DNA from: Amoebophrya sp. A120
Lineage: Eukaryota > Protista > Dinoflagellata
Length of the DNA stretch: 64,000 nucleotides
Assembly: GCA_905178155.1 (NCBI GenBank)
Contig: CAJINV010000010.1
Span: 295,915 to 359,914 of the forward strand
Direction: 5' to 3'
Position numbers and translations under genes: made by a program. The notes beneath the pieces are model-generated. The model was given only the letters and a program-made list of their open reading frames with translations. It ran no database searches and had not been told where the DNA came from. This document shows, piece by piece, positions 11,721 to 23,000 of this stretch (the stretch's first letter is position 1; each line of letters begins with the position of its first letter).

Positions 11721-12985
11721 TGATTCTTCACCTACTGGCAGGATGTTGAGCAGCTTGCTTGCGCTTGGGTTCTTCCTTGCAACTGCAACTCCCATAAGTC
11801 GTTTCTCTCTATTGAAAAATTAAGTACTTACCTCGCGAGGACGTTCTGTTGGTCGTGATCGTCGTGGTGCTTTTGTTCGAATACAACAAATTGCAACTTA
11901 AGTTGTAGCTCAATAGGTCAGGCGTCGACCGGAAATATACTTAGAAGCACTGCAAGTAGGAATAACTAGAACTACGCGACATCGTCCTCGGGGATCTTGA
12001 TGTAAAGTAGCTGCCCTCTCGGATCACTATTATATTCCTCGCGACCGTAGTTGTGCACGACTTTTCGTCTTGTTCATCTTCGCTGAGGTGGATGCAAGAC
12101 CAGAAAGATGAAGACAGAGCACAGATGAGGATTGATAGGTATGCTTGCTTCCTCTAAATATGCTTTGCGGGTTAAAAACAATAGCGCGAGCTTTGTTCTT
12201 TTTACATATATGATTCAAGATTATTGTCCACCACCGTTTGCCGATGGATAACTTAAGTAGTAAACAAGAGCAGATTTTTCTTCACTCCTGTCAGTGAGCA
12301 ACTGGAACGAGATCCTCGTGATCATAATTTATCTTTGCCAAGAAAACACCGAGCGAGTGCAAGAAATATGTGTACATATGTCTGAACCTTTTTGACTTTG
12401 GATCAACATCATCCAATCTCAATCATGATCCGCGTCACAACAAGACAAACAGGAACATCTTCCAAAGACACCGGTAGTCGTGAAGGATCTCATCACTTTC
12501 GTCGGTTTCTGTCCTTCTTCAGTTGTCTCGGTCTCTTCCTTTGTATATATAAAAGCAATCGTACACGACACTTGGTGAAAAATCTTAGACAGGTAGGTAG
12601 TTGTAGTTTCCGGGAAGGAGGGCGGCAGCGGAAGCGAAGGCGAGACACCTGCTCCCCCGACCTACATAGTGCATGCCCCGATCGCTGCATGAAGTAAGTA
12701 GCAGTATCGAAAAGTAGAGACAGAGCGCGGTGGTGTTGTTGAAAGCCGAAGAGCAAGCTGTAGTAGTAACGTTCACATACGAACAAGAGAAGGACCACGG
12801 AGAGCCAACATGGTCGTGGTGGGTTTGGTTTGTCATGGTCCCTCCTGCCTTGTCCCTTCTTGCTGGCCATTATTTCAACCTCTAAGTCTCCACGGAAAAG
12901 CAAAGACGTAGAGGCGCCTTTAACTTATAGTGTGTGACATGCATGGAGTCACTCCGAATAAGCAGGCACTTCTATTTGTATTATA

Positions 12986-14206
12986 TCACGCATGAGCTTG
13001 GCCGGCTGCGTTCGGATCCCCCGCCGCCATCTTCGCAACGCGCAATTCCTGGAACAAGGCCGATAACCGCTCGAAGAAGCTCTCCAGATCCGCGTTCAAC
13101 CTGCGCCGCAGCGCCCGGGCCGTTTCCTTGCCCGAGTGCAGTTCCGCAACATGCACCGAATCAACCTTCTCCTGTAGCATATCCGCGGCGGCTTCAATCT
13201 GCGCAAGATCGGTGGTTGCCTTTCCGTTCGTGATGTGGCCAGCCCAAAAATCTGCCTCGGTCACGTTCGTGCGCTCCACTAAGGCGTTGTACTCCGTGGC
13301 CAGATCCTGCAATACTTCCAGCTTTTCCCGTGAGGGTTGCGACAGCTGCCGGCGCAACTCCACGCGCTCCGCCGGGGAAGAAGAAGAACTCTGACGAGCA
13401 TCGTCTTGTTGCTCCTTCACGGACGGAGAACCCTGACGATGGTTATCGTCTTCATGATCTTGTTCTTCGTCCACATCCACAGCGCCCTCGTGATCTTCTT
13501 GCTTCACGGAGGACGGAGAACTCTGACGAGCATCGTCTTGTTGCTCCACGGACGGAGATGAACTACCCTGACGATGGTCATCGTTTTCATCTTGTTCTTG
13601 GTCCACGTCCACAGAGCCCTCATCCTCTTGCTCCACGGACGGTGCCACGACCAGGTTTGTGTCGCCGAGGGCCCCTGATGAGGATGTCAACTTTTGAATC
13701 TCTCCCTCTCTGAACGACCGCAAAGCACCGATTTGCGCGGCGGTCTTATCTCTGGGTGCTGGGACTGGCGACTTAAGAAAGTCGCGCGGCTTGGCGTCGG
13801 CCCGTTGTTGAGCAGGCGTGTTGACATCGTCCCGCACCTTATGCATCGGCTCAAGTTGTAATTGTATCTCCTGCGGTACATGATATAGACCTGGAAAGTC
13901 TACTAAGTCAGCATTTGAAGAAGTAGATGAAGATGCTGCAACAGCCTCCGCTCCTGAGTTTCGAGTAGATGCAGATAAGAACGCAGCTCTACTAGACGAC
14001 GCTGCTCCGCGTCTGCTGGGCGACGTTGAGGACAGAGATGAAGCAGCGACAGCGGAAGCAAGGCTGAAGTTCGTCGTGCTCAGCAGGGGCAAAAGCATAG
14101 AGCAGCTCTGGCCGAGTTGTTGGAGGACGAGAGCAGAAATAGACCACGCTCCTGCAGCAGTAAAAGCTTTACCACGAGGATGCAGCATCTTGATGTCGAT
14201 GTCCAC
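12986..14206 (-). CDS. Intronless 406-aa protein with hydrophobic N-terminus, acidic repeats and a C-terminal BAG-like helical domain
   Basis: Long ORF; SSPSVEQQDDARQ-type repeats; C-terminal LAQIEAAADMLQEKVDSVHVAELHSGKETARALRRRLNADLESFFERL resembles BAG helices 2-3. Confidence 0.6.
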   Translation of the reverse strand: MDIDIKMLHPRGKAFTAAGAWSISALVLQQLGQSCSMLLPLLSTTNFSLASAVAASSLSSTSPSRRGAASSSRAAFLSASTRNSGAEAVAASSSTSSNADLVDFPGLYHVPQEIQLQLEPMHKVRDDVNTPAQQRADAKPRDFLKSPVPAPRDKTAAQIGALRSFREGEIQKLTSSSGALGDTNLVVAPSVEQEDEGSVDVDQEQDENDDHRQGSSSPSVEQQDDARQSSPSSVKQEDHEGAVDVDEEQDHEDDNHRQGSPSVKEQQDDARQSSSSSPAERVELRRQLSQPSREKLEVLQDLATEYNALVERTNVTEADFWAGHITNGKATTDLAQIEAAADMLQEKVDSVHVAELHSGKETARALRRRLNADLESFFERLSALFQELRVAKMAAGDPNAAGQAHA

Positions 14207-15589
14207 GACCAGTCAGTAGTCGTTGTTATTTGTTGGTACAACTACAAGAGATAAGATACGCTGGATTTTTGTTTCTTCTAGGGCCAAAAATACTGAGTAA
14301 TGCTGTCCAAAAATATGTGAGTAATTCTGTAGTCCAAAAATAGAAATACTGCGACAAATTAGAACTCCGGGGGGGGGCAGGTTGGTTGTAGGATAAACAA
14401 GAATGTACTTTTTGCGGTAAGTTTCACGCTCACCTGGTGCTGTTCTTAATTTTATCCACTGACTTCTTCAAGACGCAAATTTTCTGCTAGGTAAGTTCTT
14501 CCTTATTTCGAGCAAAGTACTTCTACAAGCACTTCTTATTTGGCATGATAAACAGAAACCGACCTGCTGGACGAGACTCTCGTCACGAGAGGTGGCGATT
14601 TTTCATTTCTACTGCGTAATAATGACATTTGCACTTCGCATGTCTCGATCGATCCCAACATCCCACATTTTGATATTTTTTTTTTCAGAAGTACAAGAAG
14701 TGACCAAAGATTAGATCCTTGAGCCAGTAGCAATACCGAGCAGATGGAACTACTTCTGGAGGTCTGGCTGAAGAGCCTTTCTTCACGTATGATTTTGGAT
14801 CCCCTTATTTCTTCACTATCATGAACATGATCTTCTTCTTGTTCTTAGTACGCTAAGACGACAGCCACCGATTGTCTTGCTTCATGATCCGGTCTGTCTT
14901 GCTACTTCATACTCTTCGTCCTCTCACTTGAAGTAAAAATGCAACCACTAGGAGGCTCCTTCCAACAGGACCAGAGCAGCCGGTCTTCTTGTACTTCTTG
15001 TGCTGACACGAAGAACCGTGCCAGGTTTCGGACAATGTTGAGGTGTTTGTCCGACAAAGAGGAGACTGAGATATGATACACACACGAGGACAACCAAGAG
15101 TTTGCAACATGTATATATTGATTGTGTTCATATTGATATTGTTCATCATGGGTTGTTTTTTGCTGGTTCAAAGCACCGCGAGCAGCTTCAACTCTCTCAA
15201 AAACTCGTCGACTGTAAGAATGCCCGTGAAGTGCCGAAATGCAAGCATCGAGGTCATCCCAGCAAACCCCAGGAAACACGCCGGTGTGAGGTGTCCAGGA
15301 GTTGCAAAAGGCGTTGATGTGTCTGCCCTTGTAATTTTTATGCTATAGAATATTGATATTCGCGTCACGACCAATGTTTGAGAAAAAAAGCCGGCTCGTC
15401 CTTTTCATGGACAAAGTTTTTTTATCAGAATTTGCCAGAATCGACCCAATGCAAATTGGCCGAAAATAAAAATGAAAAGTCAACTACCTTCTCTCCTGTG
15501 TGTTCTGCGGACGGCTTTGTCGGTGGCGCCTTCGCACGAAAAGCGGCTGAGGCAAAACATTTTCGAATTAGCAAGAAAAAAAATGAAAA

Positions 15590-15925
15590 CCGACGCTCCT
15601 CGCATTGGAGGCCGGCTTCGGCTGGAGCGGGCGCGCGCCTGCACGCTAGCGGCTGAGACGAGACGTAATTCTGGGTCGATTTTAGAAAATTACGCAGACT
15701 TTCACATTTGTATTTTGTACGGAAAAAACGAAAAAGCGCGCTCTTCGTGTTGGAGGCCGGCTTCGGCTGGGACGGGCCCCTGCACGCTAGCGGCTGAGAG
15801 AAAACGTAATTCTGGGGCGATTTTAGAAAATTACGCAGACTCCCACACTTGTATTTTGAACGAAAAAAACGAAAAACTGCGCTCCTCACGTTGGAGGCCG
15901 GCTTCGGCTGGGGCGCCTGCGCGCC
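15590..15925 (+). repeat. Tandem repeat, ~143-bp unit, ~2.3 copies
   Basis: TGGAGGCCGGCTTCGGCTGG at ~15606, 15751 and 15893, with conserved GATTTTAGAAAATTACGCAGACT. Confidence 0.85.
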
Positions 15926-17107
15926 CCATCCTGGAAGGACATAGGGATAATTCTATAAAAAAAAAATATCTTGTTCATCCGCAGACCCGCGCAATAAACC
16001 CAACAACAGCTAATAAAGTCCTTGGCATGACAAATTTGATTTCATGCAGACTGGCAAGCTATGACTTCGGGCTCGACACAACTCATTTTGAGTTTTTCAT
16101 ACGAGAAGCAGGTAAGTGGTTATGGAAGGTGAAGCGTTAGGTGGCAAAACGTCGCAGTGGAAACAAAATCCGAATCCGAAATCTCGAGAAGTGGTCATGA
16201 TGTGGATTTTTGCAACCGGAAAATCTTTCTGTCCCCCAAGCTGATGTGGGGGTGGCTTCTACGATCTCAGCCTGATGCAGCTAGAACACTGTCATAACCA
16301 CGGGGGAAACTTGCAATGCATAACGCGGCCCAGCGAGAGCAAACTAGTTTACACACGACCTCCACATCATACATTGGTTGCACCTGGTGCACTTCCACTC
16401 GACAGGAACAATAAGAACAACCACAAACTGCATCACCTATGTGGAGGCCGGATGCAGGTGTCATGCAGCTCTGCCTAGCAATCGAAACGATGCTGCTCGT
16501 GCCAAGAAAGAGCCAATTGGCGACATTATTATTTGATGGAATCATACTCGTACTCGACGGACAGGGCAAGGAAACTGTTTCCACGTTGCCGAAATGTCAC
16601 CTAAAGAAAAACAACTCGTCCGATAACGATCTCCCCTGGCGTCAAAACTGCGGACACACGAAAGTCTAGTTTGTTGGGAGGCTCCTGCGCCGCTGATGTT
16701 GATGTAGAAGCTCTGGCTGCTCCGTAGGGGTGTGCACTGCTTTTTCTTTGTAGCTGGAGAAGTTGCTGTTCCTGCTGGATGTTGTTATTTCCGATGTTCA
16801 GGAGCATGGCACAGTCATCGTCAAAGTCGTCGTCTGTGTAGGAAGGTATACTACCAAGATGCTGGTGAACGTGGTCCTCTACAGTGGGATCATATGCAGC
16901 ACAAATCTACATTGGTTTTGTTTGCCCCCGCACAAACACACGTACAAATACAAAAACAAAATACATCACAGAAATAAGTTCAGTAACCTCGACAAGGACC
17001 ATAAAGAGCCTTGTCATACTTGGTAAGCTACGATAGTAGAAACGACTTTGTCATACAGGGTGGACATTTTCAGTGGTACGTCGCGCAAGGTAAATTAAAA
17101 TTTACAA

Positions 17108-19279
17108 TTACAGGGGAAAGCGAAAGGGTTGTTGTAGGCACTCTGTTGATAAAGGAAGATGACCTCCGACAGTTCTTCCAGTAGCCGCCGCAGTAGGTCT
17201 TTCTGCACTCCTTCCAGGGACGACCCTCCCTTGCCTTCTCTTCCGGTAGCTGTGAATCAGGTTCGAAAAGGGAAGCAGGCCGTGTAATAATTGGACGAGT
17301 CCTCTCGAATCATGTCGTCGCACTTCGTGCCGCTTGGACAACGTCGAGACCGCTTGCGCCTCTACTTCCGAGCTCCCCGCGGCCATTTTTGTTCCACTTG
17401 TTCCATCTACTAGTACCCCAGTAGGCAGCTGCGCAGGCTGTGGTGAAGTTGTTGTATTTGGTGCGGTATTCACGAGGACCTGTGTCTTCCTTGTCAACAT
17501 CGTGGGCCAAGAACAAGAAGGCGTCTGATGTTGTGATCCACCTCCAGCACCCCCCCGCGTGATGGTCACGTGATTTTTGCTCCCCAGTGGCCTTCTACCC
17601 TCACCATATCCATACCCCTCCTTCTGGGCGATTTCGCGGACCAGCTCCGCTCTTTTTTGTGGAAGCGTCAGGTTTGGAATCGACAAAGTTGTCATGCATA
17701 AAATGCAAGGCACGAAGTGACTGTCTTGCAGGGATGGCAAGCGAGGTGGCCGACTGTCAGGGTCAGCCTGTTTGGGGTCTGCGATACAGCTGCTAAAGAA
17801 GCATGACAAAAGAGAAAGACCACGCGCTCTATCCCTAAACAGCATGACAAACTGGATTTAGACGGCGCCCAAATTTGTCATGCACCGCTTAGAAATTGGG
17901 CCTCCAACTGGTATCGATTTTATGCATTGCAAGTTATTTCAACTTTGTTGATTTCAATCCTGGTGACACTCCCATATTTTTCTTCGAAAACCTACCACCC
18001 CGGCGGCAAGCGTGAAGGCGGTGATTGCGAAAATTTTTGTGGAAGGCGAGGAACTTTTATCATTATCTTTGATTTGGGATGTTGTCAACAACGTGTCATT
18101 CTTTTCGAAATTTGTTCCCGGCGGCGGCACAGGCGACAAATAAGAAGTTGTGCTCGCCGCTGTGGAAGTAGAAGCAGGTAGTGACATAATTTTTTCTGAT
18201 CCTACTGTGCTCTTGCAGCTACCGTCCACGTCCTCCGCTTACAACTTCTATGTTTGTTGTGCCAGCTGGTTTAAATACCACCGCACAAGAACGCAACACC
18301 TGCTGACGACAGGCTCCTCCTGGTCGAGATGAGAGGAAGCAGCGGCCATGTACTTCAACAATTTCTGTGATTTTTTTGTATCTACATCGTCCACTGGGAC
18401 GGGCTGGGGCTGGTTGCAAAAAAAATGAGAATAGCCAAGGCTTGACGAATTTGAAGTCTCAATCTCTGCGACATGTTCTTTGCACATCCATAGAAGTTGG
18501 CGAGTGAATGAAACAAACATCAAAACGAGGCTGGAGAACAAGTTAACTACGCAGGCGACCGAACAACACCACAGGAACACGAGGCACGACTAGTTGTACA
18601 GTTTTACTTTCATGTAGCCGCTTAAACTATTATGACCACCGCCGTGCTGTCTGCAGCATCAACGGCGCCATATCATCGTGTTTTCGTCAAGATATAGATC
18701 GATCCTCTGGCAGCAGCACACCATCACCATGATGTTCCACAACAAACATAGTTTACTTTTTCCGCTGAAAAAGCTTCCGAAAATCTCCAAACAGGTGTCT
18801 CATGGATACGTACAAAAACAAAATGTCCTACAAAAAATGCCATATCTGAATCGGAATCCGATGTCATTGTCAGCTGTTTATTTTCACATATTTTCTTCGA
18901 AGTCGCAAAAACTAGATGTGAACAAATTGGTGTATAATGTTTGTACTCGTTGAAAAAAAAGTGGCAATGAAAAGACATTTTCGACCCCAAAACCAGGCCG
19001 TAGGGATGCACCTCCTGCAGTGGTAGTTGTTTGACGAGAAAAAGAAAAAGAAATCACCATATCAATTTGAAATAGTTCGTAAAAGTGTTCTGCTTGTGCC
19101 GGTACCACGACGAGCGGCCCATGCAGTACGTAGTAAGTACCTCCGCCGGAATTGGCGTAGTACTTCTTGCACAAGATAAAAATGGTCGCACGACCAGGTC
19201 GTGGAGGCAGCTTTCCTCTCGAGAGGCTGCTGCGCCGAGGACCTCTTCGTCTTCTACTTCTAGCTGCATTTAGTTGCAC
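17108..19279 (-). CDS. Probable multi-exon hypothetical protein (boundaries uncertain)
   Basis: ORF segments 17954-18229 and 17108-17657 join as GVVGFRRK|RAELVREI across element 17658-17976; further exon-like ORFs upstream. Confidence 0.35.
17658..17976. mobile_element. Introner family E (TGT left terminus)
   Basis: TGTGGAAGCGTCAGG..GACACTCCCATA; DR TTTTT; body similar to 49416-49732. Confidence 0.8.
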
Positions 19280-19322
19280 GCAGCGTGCTCCGATGCATTT
19301 AGTTGCACGCAGCGTGCTCCGA
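19265..19322 (+). repeat. 29-bp tandem duplication
   Basis: TGCATTTAGTTGCACGCAGCGTGCTCCGA twice. Confidence 0.85.
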
Positions 19323-20094
19323 CTGTCGTGGTGATTGTGAAACTTCTATGTTGGCATTTTTGTCTCAACAAAGACTACCTGCTCGTAGTACCGCACATAC
19401 ATTATTCCAGCATTGGTTCATCAGGGAAAATATCAATAGTGAAGTGGTCGGAGTTCGTTTTTGTCTTGTTCCCTGGGAGTACAGTAAATCTAAACGACAA
19501 AGCGACCCTTGTGCGGTCGACAGGTGGTTGAAACTTCTGTCATAACGTGCTCCCGGTCGATCATTTATTTTGTGCATTCTTTCTAGAAAAAATTAATTTG
19601 CTTGTGACGTCATTGGTCGTTACTAGTAGTGGTAAAAAAAAAATATCTCTAACAAATGACTCGGATACCACGGCGTAAAACCGCTGGGACTACGTACCTG
19701 TACTATCTCCTCCGTCTTTGATATACATTTACGTTTCTTTTCTGTATGTCTGCTTTTTTCTTCATTATCATCTAGTATTTCCCCATGCTTTCCAGGGTTT
19801 CCCCTAGCATATTACTCCACTCTCCCGGTCCGTCCGCCATACGGTTCAGAGTGCCACGCCTTCGCGCCGATTCCCGCGATTATCCACAGGAAGAAACAAC
19901 TCACGACCGAACTACACGGAGTAGGTACATCAAACTGCATTCAGTTCTTGCATCATGCTAATTCTCCTAAATAATCTCTACTGCGAGCTGGGCCTCGTTC
20001 TGTATTTCATTTTCGCATCATTCTTGTTGATGCAAGAGGGCTGGCCATCATGATCATCTACTCCCTCCGCTTCTACTAGATCTGGACAATTTCA

Positions 20095-23000
20095 TCACCT
20101 CGTGCAGTTTGTACGTGCTTTACAAATGTAGTACGGTGGTAGATTTGTATTGCATAGCTTGCTCCCGCACACTATCTTTCCGTCGTGGTTTTGCAGCTCC
20201 TTGTTGTTTATCCTGTGCAAAAGTATCGCACTCGTACTAATCGCACTCATGCATGAGCAGTTATCTTTCTCAAGGGAAATCAGCATTAGTACAAATTCAA
20301 TTTGACTGTAAATGCTGAGCTAATAATTTGTAATGCAATTACTGCTAGCACGATACTTTTGCACTTCATATCGCTGCCCTGGCACTTGTTCCAGATGTCG
20401 GTAAATTTCACATTTGACGTATGGAAAGGTCAGAATCGAAAGCGACAAGATCAAAAAATTTGTGATGCCCAAAATTGATACCAGTAGGAAGCCCACTTTC
20501 CAAGCGGCGCATGACAAATTTCGGCGTCATCGAAATCCAGTTTGTCATGCTGTTTAGCGAAAGACGGCATCCTTTGTCATGCTACTTTAGCAGCTGTATC
20601 CCAAACGACCCCAAGGAGGCTTGCAATCGGCCTCACTTGCAGTCCCTGCAAGGCTTCATTTCGTGCCTTGCATTTCGTGCATTACAGATTATTTCGACTT
20701 TATCGACTTCGATCCTGACGCTTCCATATGACGACCTGGTCCCATCAGATTTCGCGCACTCCTCGCAGTGCAAGTCTTTCTGGCTGTTCTTCAGGGTGCA
20801 AGTGACACACGACCCTTGGTAGCCGCCAGGCGGGATACCTGGACAAAAAATTCAGATTGATCTTTCATCATGATTGATCCACACGTACTACCAGTGCCGC
20901 TCAGAGGGACTTCCGTTCTGAGTGAAAACTCTATATCTAGCGAATTCCGATGAATAACTGATCAAGATATTTTTGGGAAGAAGCCACCACTTTGATCTCT
21001 GTAACTGTATCGGAACAACGCTCAAAAGTTACCAGCTCCATGTGGTCTGGCTCGGCAGCGCAGCTGGCCCGCAATGTTGTCCACTTCTAAAGTTTTCAGG
21101 GTGGTTTTAATCCACTCTTTGTCTTTTACGTCCACACCCTGCTTCTTTGCAATTTTCACGGCGTCCTGTATTTTTTTTTTTTAAATTTGAACCCGCTAAG
21201 GAAGAGGATGAAAATAGATCGCGGGCATGCACATTTTTTTTTGTCATGCTACTAATACTGGTTCTCTATCTCTGTTGTACTCAAATAGAATACGAACTAC
21301 AGTGCACATCAAAGAAAAACTTCTCTTCACCCCTTAGCTGCTCCACCTATATCAACTCGTCGTCACAAAAATCATAGTACCAACAGCAACGGGCAGCCAC
21401 TGAGTTCCAAATTCGACTGCCTGGGCAAGTGTCCGGGTCGAGACTCGCAGTGCGTGCAGACGAGGAGGGTCTTCTTGATCCCGAGCATCTTCTGCAGCTC
21501 CGTTTTTCCGTCGCCCCGGCCCTCGACCAGCTTGCAGCCGTCAGAGGTCGTCAGGTAAGAGCCTCCGGGCAGGAGCTTGCCGTTGGGTTGGGGCCCGAGC
21601 GCGAGGTTCCCGGAGACACGGTCGTGATAGAGCGAGAAATACCTGATGGATGAATCACGAGAAAGAAAAGTGTATTGCGTACTTATCCTCCAAGCTGTAA
21701 AGAATGCCGCGCAATCTGTCATGCGTCCGAACAAGCAACGTGCTCGTGTCGATGTTCGTTTCCGTTTCATGAGATTCCCGTTCGCATCAATAACGTAAAA
21801 TTATACCGTCCCAATTCCTCCTTCAGTTTCTTTTTTACTTCGGCACCCTTGCCCTTGCCCTTGGCGTCTTCATCATCCTCTTCGTCCTCGTCTTTCTGCC
21901 CGGCCACCGTGGTTGTGGTCGTCACGGTAAACTTCTTCGATTCCTCCGCTTTGGCGCCCGTGATGGTCCAGCCAAATCCGTGATATTTGTCCACTGCAAA
22001 AGTTGTATGTCGCACTGCTCGTAGTATGTAAGTATTTAATTGCAACAAGAACCATGGTGCATCACATCAAAATTTGTTTTTGTTGTCCTGCTATCAATCT
22101 GGCTCATCTCCAGGGCAAGTTCCATGGAAGTGCCATTTTTGCTTCATCCGCAAAAGTTTGAGTTTCAGTTTGCTATATAAACACGTCCAATTTTCCCAAC
22201 GAGTGCTACGATACATAGTACGACTCTTGCATGGCATAAAACCCGATTTCCCGCAATTTCGCGAGCTGCCCCGCGTTATCCAGGAACAAAACTGTGTTAG
22301 TGTAAGTCTTTTGGGAAAACAGCATCACAAGTTTGTCTCCCATGACAGGACAAACTTGTTATGCGCAGATACAAAGGGAAAGCACATAGGAAGCGAGCCG
22401 GCCATGCATGGCGAGCATGACAAGTGTAACTGTTTGGCATTTTCTGCATCACAGATTTACACTTACACAGTTTTTTTCTTGCATACGCGTAGTCCCCCGG
22501 ACAATACCAGGAGCCCTCCGAGTCGCACTGCCACCTCTTCTATCCTATGTAAAAACGTACCCACACCAGAGTTGTCATGCAGATTTGCAAGCGCAAGAGC
22601 ATTTGTAATGCGCATCCCCATGAGAGACATTGCCCATCGTGTTTTGGAACTTGTAATGCTGTAAACAGGATAAGGAGACGGATTTGTTATGCGGCGTCCC
22701 TTGCTAAGCTGCACTACACTACAGTCTGCAACTTGTCATGCGTGACTCCCAAAAGGTCTAGGTTTGTGTTGCAAAATCCCCATCTTGACTATGGTGTGGG
22801 GACGTTTTTACAAATGATATCTTCGGGTCGAAACCTAGCCGCTTCGATTTCTGGTATGCATTGCAAAAGTATCTTCGTACTAGTATAACTATAAATCGCA
22901 ACACAAATTGGCTCAGCATTGAATTTGTAATGCGGATTTACCTTAACATGTCAGGCATAATTGCGACTACAACGAACAGTACGATACTTTTGCACAGCAT

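Noticed and set aside
15425-16140. 222-aa and 154-aa ORFs
   Set aside because: They arise from the 143-bp tandem repeat; no domain signal.
21985-22180. Additional degenerate introners (also ~16200-16322 and ~45040-45320)
   Set aside because: Partial TIR similarity only; ends and DRs could not be fixed, so they are not listed as features.
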